A stretch of 64,000 nt of DNA from a virus (IMGVR_UViG_3300048014_000353:64001-128000), one strand, 5' to 3'; positions 7,968 through 17,841 are shown, counted from the stretch's first letter. Translations and numbers: made by a program. Notes: generated by a model not told the origin, from the letters alone.

Positions 7968-9378
7968 GCGTCGGCGCACCAATGAGCCACTCGTGGACTA
8001 TGTCCACGACGTCACTCCTCGTTGGGAGCGCCCCGAACACCTCCTTCCGATCTGCTCGCTCTTCGAGCGAATCAAGAACGGCGAGTCGCTCTTCGCGTGC
8101 ATCTCGGTTCCGCCGCAGCACGGCAAGAGCCAGACGATCCTCCACGGCTGCGCGCAGCTCTTTCAGCGCAACCCGACTGACACGATCGCCTACGTCTCCT
8201 ACGGCGCGACCATCGCCGAAGAACAGAGCCGCGATTGCCAGGCGATCCTACGGCGCGCTGGGGTAGCGCTCAACCCGAATGCGCTGTCGGCCGGAAGCTG
8301 GCAGACCGCCGCGGGTGGCCGCTTCTATGCGGTCGGCGTCGGCGGCCCGCTCACAAGCCGGCCGATCACGCGCCTGCTCATCGTCGACGACCCGTACGAA
8401 AACCGGCAGCAGGCCGAGAGCGCCATCACACGAAACCACATCGTCAGCTGGTTCTCGTCGGTCGGCGTCACTCGTATCCACCCGGGCGCCAGCATCATCG
8501 TAGTCCACACGCGGTGGCACGAAGACGATCTCATCGGTCGGCTCACCCGCGGTCTTACCACCGAGGGCATCCCTGGATGGGAGTACGTCAACCTGCCGGC
8601 GATCGCCGACGGAACGGACCCATCACGTCCCGTAGGGACTGCCCTTTGGCATGCACGGCCGCTCGAACTCTTCACGCGCATTCGCGCGAGCGGGTCGCTC
8701 ACGGACCACGACTGGGAGTCGATGTACATGGGGCGCCCGCGCCCCCGTGGAGCCCAGCTCTTTCGCGGCGTCACATACTACAGCGAGCTTCCCAAGACGT
8801 ACCGCGTCGGCAAGGGCGTCGACCTCGCCTACACGGCCAAGAGCCGCGCCGATCACTCGGCCGGCATCGTGGTCCTGCAGGCGGATGAGAAGTTCTACGT
8901 CGCGCACGTCGAGCGTCGCCAGCTGGAACTCGACCAGTTCATCCCGTACCTCGTGGCCCAGTCACGAACGTACAAGGGGGTCTACCGGTTCTCGACCAGC
9001 AGCACCGAGAAGGGCATCGCCCAGCTCTCGAAGCTGCTACCCGCGGACTCCATCCGCATCCATGGCGAGCTCGCCATGAGCGACAAGTTCACCCACTCGC
9101 AGCGCAGTGCGACCGAGTGGAACGCGGGTCGCATCATGGTCCCCGACGAAGCGGCGCAAGCTCAGCTTCGTGCGCTTGGTCTCGACACCGATTGGGTGAA
9201 ACCGTTCGTCGAGGAGATGAACCGCTTCACCGGTGTCTCTGACCGCGAGGACGACCAGTGCGACGCGCTCTTCAACGCGATCGACACCTTCCCAGCCAAG
9301 AAGAGCAAGCCCCCCGTGACCGGTGGCGGCTTCTATCCCGGCATCCAGCACGACGACCTGCCTGCGGGTTACGGCTGA
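7921..9378 (+). CDS. terL: Terminase large subunit
   Basis: Walker A PPQHGKS, Walker B LLIVDDP, TRWHEDDLIG, RNase H-like GVDLA and DDQCDA. Confidence 0.95.
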   Translation: MGPEEQLLRLELERRRRRRTNEPLVDYVHDVTPRWERPEHLLPICSLFERIKNGESLFACISVPPQHGKSQTILHGCAQLFQRNPTDTIAYVSYGATIAEEQSRDCQAILRRAGVALNPNALSAGSWQTAAGGRFYAVGVGGPLTSRPITRLLIVDDPYENRQQAESAITRNHIVSWFSSVGVTRIHPGASIIVVHTRWHEDDLIGRLTRGLTTEGIPGWEYVNLPAIADGTDPSRPVGTALWHARPLELFTRIRASGSLTDHDWESMYMGRPRPRGAQLFRGVTYYSELPKTYRVGKGVDLAYTAKSRADHSAGIVVLQADEKFYVAHVERRQLELDQFIPYLVAQSRTYKGVYRFSTSSTEKGIAQLSKLLPADSIRIHGELAMSDKFTHSQRSATEWNAGRIMVPDEAAQAQLRALGLDTDWVKPFVEEMNRFTGVSDREDDQCDALFNAIDTFPAKKSKPPVTGGGFYPGIQHDDLPAGYG

Positions 9379-9434
9379 TGCCTTTCCACTGACCCGCGCC
9401 ACGACTGGCGCGCCCGAGAGAGCGCGCGAGCGGA

Positions 9435-11753
9435 ATGGCCACCAAGCGAACCAAGCTCCGTCGCACGCCGAAGACCGTGCCGATGGCCTCGCGCGGGACG
9501 CGCCCCGCGTCCTCGGTCATGCCGAAGACCAAGGCGGCGCCCGAGCCGACGTTCCCGATCGCGGTCAATCCGACCCCGGGCGTCCTCGCCCCGCCGCCGC
9601 TCATCGACCGCTACCCCCTCGTCCAGGGGCAGCAGCTCACCTTTACCTATCTCGCGAGCATCTTTCGGCTCGCGACGACGGGCTACCGTCAGCAATTCGT
9701 CGACCTGCTCCGCGAGCTCGTCGAGAACGACGGGCACCTCCTCTCGGTCCTTCAGAAGCGGATCCTGGCAGTCGCAAACGGCCGGATTCGGTTCACGCCT
9801 GCGGTGGATGAGGACCATCCGGAGTCGGAGCTCGCCAAAGAGGTCTGCGAGCTCTGTGAGATTGAGGTCCTCCGGATCCCGAACCTCACGCAGTCGCTGG
9901 CGACGTTGCTCTGGGCGATCTACTACGCGGCCAGCTGCGCAGAGATCATCTGGTCGCGCGATACCGCAGGCTGGCACGTCGACCGGCTCGAGTTCGTGCA
10001 CTCGCGCCGCATTTCGTGGCCGGACTCTCAGTCCTGGGACGCCTACATCTGGGACCAGGGCCAGGTCTACGGGTGGCAGTCCCCGTGGGGCGCGGCGGCC
10101 ACCAATAGCGGTGTTTTCGGTCTTCGGATCGGAAACTGGCCCGGCAAGTTCGTCTTCTACGCGCCCCAGATTCAGGGCGATTACCCCACGCGCGACGGCC
10201 TCGGCCGTCAGGCGGCCATCTTCGCGCTCTTCAAGCGCATCGGTGTTCGTGGCGCCAGCTCGTATCTCGAGCGGTTCGCCAAGGGGTTCATGGACGTCTC
10301 GTACAAGACGTCCCACTCTGACGAACATCCGGACGCCCCCCGCGAAGCGACCGCCGACGACATCGCGATCGCCAACCAGATCGCCGCAGCGCTCGGACCG
10401 GGGAGCGGCAGCTACGCCGCTCACCCGGACTCGATCTCCATCAGCCCGCAGTCGTTCGACGGCGGGTCATCGACCAAGATCACCTGGCAGGAGTGGATCG
10501 GCCTCTGCAACGCGGAGATGAGCAAGCTCGTTCTCGGCGGCACGCTGGGAACGGAAGCGGGCAAGGGCGGCGGCAACCGCGCCCTCGGCGAAGTGATGGA
10601 GCGCGGCGAGGTCGAGCTCCAGCAGTTCGACGCGACGACGCTGGCCGAGACGCTCAAGCGCGACCTGGTCTCGTGGATCGTACGGCTCAATCGGCCCGAC
10701 GCGATTCACCTCGTTCCGAACATCGCGATCCACACGGAGAGCGACCCGGACCCCAAGGCGCTCATCGAGAACGCCGAACGCGTCACGGGGATTGGTGGAG
10801 CGGTCGATCTCGACCAGCTGGCTGAGGACACGGGCGTGCCGCTCGTTCCGAACGAGACGGGCAAGCCGCGTCGCTCGTTCAAGAGCGACATGATCAAGCC
10901 GGAGCTCGTGCAGGACGACCTGCTCAGCCCTGAAGCCAAGAAACAAGCCGCCGCCGACTCCAAGGCCAAGCTGGCCGCCGCCACGCGCCCTCAAGTCGTT
11001 GCGTCCACGCGCTCCAACGGCGTGGACACGGACGACGACCAGGCCGACGACGGCAAGCGCGACCCGAAGAAGGCCCCGGCCGCGAAACCCAACGCCAAGC
11101 CCTCGGGTAAGGTCGCCCCTAAGCCGTCCAAGTCTTCCAAGTCGTCCCCCAAGGACAAGGCCGAGAAGGCGGAGAAGCCTTCGAAGGTCAAGAAGGCGAC
11201 CGACGGTCTCTCCTGCGAAGAGGTGGCGCAGGCCGATGCCTTTCGGAAGTTCCTCTTGTCGTCGAAGCGCGACGACAAGGAGATGGCGTACGCCGTCTAC
11301 GAGGAGCTCCTCGAAGATTATCCGCCCGCGGCGCTCGATTGGATCCTTGCCGCGCACTGGGAGGGTCCGATGGAGATCCCGCTCGACCAGATCGACTTCT
11401 CCCAGAGGAAGACCTGGCGCGCGGACACCGACGACCTCACGCCCTACCGCGACCGCCTCAACAAGGCGCTGGCGGGCAACGGTCCGCGCAAACCCGTCAT
11501 CATCGTCAAGACCCCGGGTAATCCGCTCTACCTCATCGTTGACGGCCACCACCGGACGCTCGCCTGCCTCCTGGAGGGCGTTCCTGCCTGGGCCTACGTC
11601 GCCGAGGTACACGTCGACAACGGCCCGTGGCGCCGGCTGCACGCCGAACAGAAACGCGGCAGCAGCAAGAACGACACGTCCGTCGTCGGCTCCTCCCACG
11701 TCTACAGCCCGGACGGTGATGACGGCCTGCCGGAACACGACGACGAGAGCTGA
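9435..11753 (+). CDS. Portal protein (DUF935/Mu gp29-like) with a Lys-rich linker and C-terminal ParB-like domain
   Basis: ENDGHLLSVLQKR, ERFAKGF, EMSKLVLGGTL...GNRALGEV; C-terminus PVIIVK...IVDGHHRTLA. Confidence 0.85.
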   Translation: MATKRTKLRRTPKTVPMASRGTRPASSVMPKTKAAPEPTFPIAVNPTPGVLAPPPLIDRYPLVQGQQLTFTYLASIFRLATTGYRQQFVDLLRELVENDGHLLSVLQKRILAVANGRIRFTPAVDEDHPESELAKEVCELCEIEVLRIPNLTQSLATLLWAIYYAASCAEIIWSRDTAGWHVDRLEFVHSRRISWPDSQSWDAYIWDQGQVYGWQSPWGAAATNSGVFGLRIGNWPGKFVFYAPQIQGDYPTRDGLGRQAAIFALFKRIGVRGASSYLERFAKGFMDVSYKTSHSDEHPDAPREATADDIAIANQIAAALGPGSGSYAAHPDSISISPQSFDGGSSTKITWQEWIGLCNAEMSKLVLGGTLGTEAGKGGGNRALGEVMERGEVELQQFDATTLAETLKRDLVSWIVRLNRPDAIHLVPNIAIHTESDPDPKALIENAERVTGIGGAVDLDQLAEDTGVPLVPNETGKPRRSFKSDMIKPELVQDDLLSPEAKKQAAADSKAKLAAATRPQVVASTRSNGVDTDDDQADDGKRDPKKAPAAKPNAKPSGKVAPKPSKSSKSSPKDKAEKAEKPSKVKKATDGLSCEEVAQADAFRKFLLSSKRDDKEMAYAVYEELLEDYPPAALDWILAAHWEGPMEIPLDQIDFSQRKTWRADTDDLTPYRDRLNKALAGNGPRKPVIIVKTPGNPLYLIVDGHHRTLACLLEGVPAWAYVAEVHVDNGPWRRLHAEQKRGSSKNDTSVVGSSHVYSPDGDDGLPEHDDES

Positions 11754-11838
11754 GACCGCGCGCGCCTGAGAACGGCGCGCGCGCCGACTCCGCGCGGGCG
11801 CACACGCCCGCCTCACACCCTTCCGAGGACACACGACC

Positions 11839-12270
11839 ATGCAAGTCAACAACGTCAACGACGTCGGCATCACGCTCGCCACCGCCTGCCCGCTCTTCTC
11901 CGCGCAGATCGCAGCCGGCACCACAGCGGTCGCCGAACAGTCGGTCGGCTCGGTCGGCCCCGGCCCGCAGCAGGTCGCGATCGGCGCGATCATCCTCCAG
12001 CCCACCGGCGCGCTCGCCATCTCGGGCTCGGCGTACATCACGGTCAACGTCTACAAGCGCACGGCCGGCGGGTCGCAGACGCTCATCGGCACCATGACGA
12101 CCTTCACCGGTGGCACCGCGCTCGTCGCGTTCACGCCTGTCATGCTGACGCTCCAGTCGGGCGCGGGCTCGTACCTGTCGCCCGGCGACACGGTCACGAT
12201 CGCCGTCACCAACACCGGCGCCGCGTCGCAGCCGCAGTTCTCGATCAGCGGCTTCACGAAGGCCAACTGA
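11839..12270 (+). CDS. Beta-rich hypothetical virion protein
   Basis: GAGGA RBS, Thr/Ala/Gly-rich, located in the head module. Confidence 0.7.
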   Translation: MQVNNVNDVGITLATACPLFSAQIAAGTTAVAEQSVGSVGPGPQQVAIGAIILQPTGALAISGSAYITVNVYKRTAGGSQTLIGTMTTFTGGTALVAFTPVMLTLQSGAGSYLSPGDTVTIAVTNTGAASQPQFSISGFTKAN

Positions 12271-12278
12271 CCCGGCAC

Positions 12279-14843
12279 GTGCCCGCCGTGACGACGAAAC
12301 CCATCCTGCTCGACCTCGCGCCGAGCGACGTGCACACGCCGTCGTCCATGGCGACGGTGAGCGCCGCCAAGCCGGGTCTCCTGGCCAAAGCCGCGCTCGC
12401 CGTCGTCCACGACGACGGCGGTCGCATCCTCACCGTCGCCCGCCCCGAGCCGCCTCACGAGATGGCCCTTCCGGGCGGGATGATCGAGGACGGCGAGACC
12501 GAGGAAACCGCCGCCGCCCGCGAGCTGACCGAGGAAACCGGCATCAAGGCCGATGTCCTCGAGCACATCCTCGACACCCGGAGCCCCGTCGACGGCCGCG
12601 TCGTCTCGATCTTCCGCGTCACGCGGTGGTCGGGCGAGCCGTCCGCCGCCGAGGGCAACCCGGTCCAGTGGATGAAGCCGATCGACCTTGTGGCCCAGGC
12701 CACCCACTTCCGCCCGACCTTGAGGGAACTCATGCCGCACATCCTCCCCGAGGGCGAGATGGCCGAGCGCGCGAACCTCATCGACGCCGCCAAGCGCAAC
12801 GCCCTGGCCGAGTCGAAGTTCGCGCTCCCCGCCCAGCGCAAGTACCCGATCGACACGGCCGCCCGCACGCGCAACGCCGCCGCGCGTCTTGAGCAGCAAA
12901 GGAAGGCCGGCAAGATCTCCGACGCCGACTACAAGACCGCGCGCGTTCGTATCGCCGCCGCCGCGAAGTCGTTCGGCATCGACAGCGAATTCAACGCGCG
13001 CGCCGGCTCGCCGCCGGCCGCCGCCGCCAAGCGACCCGCAGGACGCGGGCGCGGAACCATTCACGTCCGGGCCGACCTGGCTCCCGGGGGAGCTCTCCAC
13101 GTGCGCCATATGACGACGAGCGAGGACGGCGCGCAGGCCTTCGTCCAACTGAGTGACGGAAGCATCGGCCTCCGCGACATCCGCGCGATCAAGCAGGGCG
13201 ACGAGGTCGATCCGGCCACCGCGGGCGTGAAGCTCATCGGCAAAGCCACCTGGAGCGACGGGACGCCCAAGACCCTCGTGTGGATTCAGGTGGCCGAGTG
13301 CGGCGCCTGGCGCGGTCACCCGGCCGGTCCGTTCGAGATGACGCCCAAGACGTTCGCCGAGATCAAGGCCAACTTCGACCAGCGCGGTCTCCCGGTCCCC
13401 TTCGACTACGAGCACGCGAGCGAGCAGGACGCGACGAGTGGCAGCATCCCGATCTCGGGCGCGCCCGCGCCGGGCTGGGTCCACAAGCTCGACAACCGCG
13501 GCATCGGCGGGCTCTGGGGCCTGGTCGAGTGGCTCGACGCCGCGCGCAACGCGATCAAGGAAGGGTCCTACGCCTTCCTGTCGCCTGCCATCCGCTTCGG
13601 GTGCAAGCACCCGGTGACGGGGCAGCCCATCGGCGCGCGGCTCACGTCGGTGGCGCTCACCAACCAGCCGTTCCTGACGTCGCTCGACGACCTTCGCGCG
13701 GCGAAGGACGACTCGGCGCGCGAAGCGCTGCTCGCGAAGTCGCCGCTCCTGTTGAAGGGCTTCGGTGAGAACGTCATCGCCGCCGGCGGCAGCGCGCTCC
13801 TCGACCGTATGGTCCATTCCCCGTCGGGGATCCTCCCCAAGATCAAGGCGGCGCTGAAGCTGCACCCGCTCGCGACGCTGGACGACGTGTCGGGGCATCT
13901 CGGCAAGCTCCGCGAGGCCTGCATGTCGGCCGACGCGGGCGGGTCGTACTGCGGCGAGCCGCTCAGCGACTACTTGGGGCCGCTCACCGACCTCGCGAAC
14001 CCCGGCCTTGGGGCGACCTACACCAACGTCCTCGACGCGCTCGACGCGTTCGTGGACGCCGAGATCGAAAAGCACGTCTTCCAAGGCGTGCCCATGCCGG
14101 ACCCGCCTTCTGCGGCGATGGACGACGACTTTGATGACGGCGGAGGAGACCTCTCCGACCGCCCGGAGAAAACCATGTCCGACAAGACCGCCACGACCCT
14201 CAAGGACGCTCAGGACGAACTCGCCAAGGTCACCGCCGTCAAGGAGTCGGTCGAGGCCGAGCGTACGCAGCTCCTCGCCGACAAGCAGACCCTCGCGACG
14301 GAGAAGACCAACCTCCTGGCGGACAAGGTCAAGCTCGAAGGCGAGAACTCGACGCTCACCCTGCAGCTCCGCGACGCGACGCAGAAGGCGACCGAGGCGG
14401 GCGAAGCCCTTTCGACTGCGAACGCGTCGATCGCCGCCGCTTCCACTGCGCTCGTCCTGAAGGACAAGGAGACGCTCGCCGAGGGTGCCGCGCGCATCGT
14501 CGCCGACAACGTGCGCCTGGCGAAGGAAGTCGCCGACATCAAGGAGGCGGGGCTCGTCGCTGCCGTAGACGACGCCTTCGCGGCGTACAGCGAGAGCAAG
14601 AAGCTCCGCGCCGAGGACAAGCCCATGATGCTCCGCTCGGCCCGCGCCGACCGCGAAGCGTTCGATGCGCTCTACCCGCCGGTCAGCGCCGCGCACCGTC
14701 ACCTCCTCACGACCGTCGTGACCCCCGAGAAGCGCCCGGAAGTGGAGCAGGCGGAGGCAAGTGACCCGATCAAGGTCATGAGCGAAACCGGCTGCAATTA
14801 CGCCGAGGCGCTCGCGCGTATCAACCGCAAGAAGCCCGAATGA
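12279..14843 (+). CDS. Nudix hydrolase / DUF6582-like / Mu I-type prohead protease / scaffold fusion
   Basis: Nudix box GGMIEDGETEETAAARELTEETGI; FALPAQRKYPID segment; WIQV...PVPFDYEHA...APAPGW...WLDAARNAIKEGSYAFLSP...VALTNQPFL; C-terminal coiled coil. Confidence 0.85.
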   Translation: MPAVTTKPILLDLAPSDVHTPSSMATVSAAKPGLLAKAALAVVHDDGGRILTVARPEPPHEMALPGGMIEDGETEETAAARELTEETGIKADVLEHILDTRSPVDGRVVSIFRVTRWSGEPSAAEGNPVQWMKPIDLVAQATHFRPTLRELMPHILPEGEMAERANLIDAAKRNALAESKFALPAQRKYPIDTAARTRNAAARLEQQRKAGKISDADYKTARVRIAAAAKSFGIDSEFNARAGSPPAAAAKRPAGRGRGTIHVRADLAPGGALHVRHMTTSEDGAQAFVQLSDGSIGLRDIRAIKQGDEVDPATAGVKLIGKATWSDGTPKTLVWIQVAECGAWRGHPAGPFEMTPKTFAEIKANFDQRGLPVPFDYEHASEQDATSGSIPISGAPAPGWVHKLDNRGIGGLWGLVEWLDAARNAIKEGSYAFLSPAIRFGCKHPVTGQPIGARLTSVALTNQPFLTSLDDLRAAKDDSAREALLAKSPLLLKGFGENVIAAGGSALLDRMVHSPSGILPKIKAALKLHPLATLDDVSGHLGKLREACMSADAGGSYCGEPLSDYLGPLTDLANPGLGATYTNVLDALDAFVDAEIEKHVFQGVPMPDPPSAAMDDDFDDGGGDLSDRPEKTMSDKTATTLKDAQDELAKVTAVKESVEAERTQLLADKQTLATEKTNLLADKVKLEGENSTLTLQLRDATQKATEAGEALSTANASIAAASTALVLKDKETLAEGAARIVADNVRLAKEVADIKEAGLVAAVDDAFAAYSESKKLRAEDKPMMLRSARADREAFDALYPPVSAAHRHLLTTVVTPEKRPEVEQAEASDPIKVMSETGCNYAEALARINRKKPE

Positions 14844-15901
14844 TCCTCGTCCGCGACATCCAAGGGAACCCCCTCTTCTATCTGGAGGGGGATGTCGCGC
14901 GCGACAGTAGCGGCAAGCCCGTGGCCGTCGCGGTCGACAAGGACGGTGAGTCCAGACGGCTCACGAAGCACGCCGCGCGCGTGATGACCGCCACGTCGCC
15001 GGAGAGCGTCCTCATGGACCTAGCCCCGGGCGACGTGGTGACGCCGTCAACGCAGGACGTCTACGCTATGCCCTTCGGGGACTTCGTCGCCGACCAGGTT
15101 AGCCAGGTTCGCTACGTCAAGAACGATCGCGGCGTCTACTACGCCGAGAACGTCGCCGATGCGACGAGCCTCGTCATGGCAGTGGCGGCTGCCGACGGGA
15201 CGCCGAGCGAGATCAACCCGGGCTTTGGCTCCGGATCGTTCAAGACGACAGGCTACGCGCTTGCGACGCGGCTCTCGCGTTCGCTCGTCAACAACGCCGA
15301 CTTCGACCTCAAGGCGATCGCGCTCCACCGGCTGATCATCGCGCTCCGGCTCGGGCGCGAATACCGGCTCGCGCAGCTCCTCACGACCGCCGCGAACTGG
15401 GCGACCAAGAACCAGATCACTGCGACCGCGAAGTGGAATGGCGGCATCACCGCGAACCCGCTCGCGGACCTTTTCGCCGCGCTCGCCGCTTCCGCGCTCC
15501 CCGCCAGCATGGTGGTGATGCCGGAGCTCGCCGCGCAATACTTTTTCCAGAACGCCAACTCCACCGCCATGCGCGACTACGTGCAGTCGGGCGGTGAGAT
15601 GCCCAAGGTCGTCTTCGCCCGCGCGAAGTTCACGAGCGCGGGCAACGCAGCGTACATCTGGGCGCCGACGCTCCCCGCGAACGTCGCGATGGTGCGCTCC
15701 ACCGACCACTTGCCGACGACGACCACCTACCGGTGGCTCGGCGACGACAAGTGCAAGGACGGCGAGCGCGCCGAAGGGATGCTCGTGCGGCAATTCTGGA
15801 GCAACACCGATGATTCGTACTGGATCATCGCAGCTCACAACGATGCCGAGCTGATGATCGCACCCACGGTGGGAGCCATCATCACCGGCGCGATGGCGTA
15901 A
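14840..15901 (+). CDS. Major capsid protein paralogue 1 (phage capsid E-like)
   Basis: EINPG, YAL, NAD, RLGREYRLAQLLTTAANW, KWNGGITANPL; homologous to 16543..17841. Confidence 0.75.
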   Translation: MILVRDIQGNPLFYLEGDVARDSSGKPVAVAVDKDGESRRLTKHAARVMTATSPESVLMDLAPGDVVTPSTQDVYAMPFGDFVADQVSQVRYVKNDRGVYYAENVADATSLVMAVAAADGTPSEINPGFGSGSFKTTGYALATRLSRSLVNNADFDLKAIALHRLIIALRLGREYRLAQLLTTAANWATKNQITATAKWNGGITANPLADLFAALAASALPASMVVMPELAAQYFFQNANSTAMRDYVQSGGEMPKVVFARAKFTSAGNAAYIWAPTLPANVAMVRSTDHLPTTTTYRWLGDDKCKDGERAEGMLVRQFWSNTDDSYWIIAAHNDAELMIAPTVGAIITGAMA

Positions 15902-16066
15902 CCAACCGATAGGGCCGCGCCCGCCACGAATGCGTGGCGCGGGTTTCCACAACCACAGGGCGGCCATGCGTGGCCTCCGGACACGTCCTCCCATGCGCGC
16001 ACTAGGGCGCGCGGAGCGGGCGCGTGCGGGGGACGGGCGCCTTTTTGTCTCGTCAAGGAGTCCTCC

Positions 16067-16492
16067 ATGTCCGCGACCGATTTCATTTGGGGTGGGCTGC
16101 CGATCTTCGGCGCCGACTGGACCGTCAAGAACACGAGCGGCACGGCCATGACCTCGGGTCAGACCGTCAAGCTCGACGCCTCCAACCCGCTCTCGGCGGC
16201 GCAGGCCGCGCCCGGCGTCGTCCTCACGGCCGCCGTGACGGACTACCCGCTCGGGGTCCTCATCGAAAACATCCCCGTCGCGTCGTACGGCCGCTGCCGC
16301 GTCGAGGGGGGAGCCGTGGCCATCGCCGCCGGCGCGATCTCGGCCGGCGCCATCGTCGGCCCGTCGGGCGCGACCTCGGGTGACGTCACGACCTACACGG
16401 CCGGCGACCCGTCGCTCGGCCAGGCCCTGTCGGCCGCGCTCAACGCCGCCGACCCCATCGCCGTCCGCATCGCGATCTCCAAGAACGCCTGA
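16067..16492 (+). CDS. Capsid decoration/cement protein (DUF2190-like)
   Basis: AAGGAG RBS; Gly/Ala-rich small protein between capsid genes, YPLGV...GAISAGAIV...GQAL..A. Confidence 0.7.
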   Translation: MSATDFIWGGLPIFGADWTVKNTSGTAMTSGQTVKLDASNPLSAAQAAPGVVLTAAVTDYPLGVLIENIPVASYGRCRVEGGAVAIAAGAISAGAIVGPSGATSGDVTTYTAGDPSLGQALSAALNAADPIAVRIAISKNA

Positions 16493-16542
16493 GCGCGGGA
16501 CGCGGTCCTTTTCCACCTTTCACACGTTCGAGGACATTCCGA

Positions 16543-17841
16543 ATGTCGACGCAAAAGCTCGTCTCGCTCAAGGACGTCAAGTCCAACAAGATCCAGTATC
16601 TCGACCTCGCGAGCGGCGCGCTCTACGCCGATCCGGAGGGTCGCCGCACGATCCGTCAGCTCACGCCCACCGAGGTCGTCCTCGGCGACCGCGGGGAGCC
16701 GGTCCGTCACCCGAACGGGGATCTGATCCACTGCTCGGAGCTCGCGAACATCGCGGTCGAGCACTACGCGCGCGGCATGGCGATCTCGATGGGTCGTTCC
16801 GTGCCTTTCGAAGTCACGCGGATGGACGGCTCCACGTCCAAGATGATGTCGTTGCGTGACGGACGCGTCGTCACCATGGACCTCGGTATCTCCGACGTAC
16901 ACACGGCCGCGACCCTGCCGAACTACGTCGGCGGGTACCACATCGCTGACGGGGTCGCGGACATCGCGTCGCCCAGCATCCTCGTGCCGAAGGCCACGGA
17001 CGTCTACTACACGTGGAACGCGACGTCGGACTTCAACCGGAAGATCCCGAACATCACGTCCCCCGGCGGGGCCGTGCCCGAAGTGAACCCCGGCATCGCG
17101 AACGCGACCTACAACACGGTCAACTACGCGCTCGGCGGGTTCCTGCCGACCGAAGTGCAGTCCAACGCGGACGCGCCCCTTCGCCCCTTCGCGAAGATGA
17201 CGCAGATCATCGTGGACGGCATCCGGCTCGAGCGCGAGTACCGCGTGGCGTCGCTGCTCACGACGAGCGGCAACTGGAACAGCAACCTGGTCCAGACCAT
17301 CGCGGCAGGCGCGCAGTGGGACGGCGGCGCGGCAGCCGACCCGCTCTACGTGCTGCACAAGGCGATCGAGCAGTCGTACATGGAGGACAACCTCCGGATC
17401 ATCTGCTCGACGCAGCTGCTCCACGACTTCCTGCGGTCGCCGGCGATCCAGAAGTACTTCCAGTTCAAGGACAGCGTCGCAGGCGTTCCGTCGGCGCAGG
17501 CCGTCGCCGACACCCTGGGCCTCCCGCCCATCTACGCGGCGCAGATGAAGTACATCACGGGCGGCGCGCTCAACTACGTGTGGGGTTCGTCGGTCCTCCT
17601 CGTGCGCGTCCCCAAGGAGACGCCCCCCACGAGCCAGATGGAAGTCGGCACGTCGTACACCATGCGGTGGAACGGCGGCGACGCCCCGGACGGCACGGTC
17701 TCGGGCGGGCTCCTCGTCCGCACGTACTACGACCAGAAGCGCGGTGGGCGCGGCGGCACTCAGGTCGTCGTCACGCACAACGACAGCGAGCAGATGACCT
17801 CCGGCCTCGTTGGCGGACTCCTGCTCAACGTTCACCAGTGA
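16543..17841 (+). CDS. Major capsid protein paralogue 2 (probably the main capsid protein)
   Basis: YVGGY...VADIASP, EVNPG, RLEREYRVASLLTTSGNW, QWDGGAAADPL; very high GC3 and followed by strong hairpins. Confidence 0.85.
   Translation: MSTQKLVSLKDVKSNKIQYLDLASGALYADPEGRRTIRQLTPTEVVLGDRGEPVRHPNGDLIHCSELANIAVEHYARGMAISMGRSVPFEVTRMDGSTSKMMSLRDGRVVTMDLGISDVHTAATLPNYVGGYHIADGVADIASPSILVPKATDVYYTWNATSDFNRKIPNITSPGGAVPEVNPGIANATYNTVNYALGGFLPTEVQSNADAPLRPFAKMTQIIVDGIRLEREYRVASLLTTSGNWNSNLVQTIAAGAQWDGGAAADPLYVLHKAIEQSYMEDNLRIICSTQLLHDFLRSPAIQKYFQFKDSVAGVPSAQAVADTLGLPPIYAAQMKYITGGALNYVWGSSVLLVRVPKETPPTSQMEVGTSYTMRWNGGDAPDGTVSGGLLVRTYYDQKRGGRGGTQVVVTHNDSEQMTSGLVGGLLLNVHQ

Noticed and set aside
7921-9378. 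Intein or intron in the terminase
   Set aside because: Length (485 aa) and motif spacing fit an uninterrupted TerL; no intein terminal motifs seen
12051-14702. 883-aa minus-strand ORF, and similar long antisense ORFs (10467..12047, 27022..29229, 29572..31683, 16393..17994, 48532..50139)
   Set aside because: Shadow ORFs: they mirror well-supported + strand genes, and high GC3 removes stops from the antisense frame; Arg/Gly/Val-rich, with no motifs or RBS
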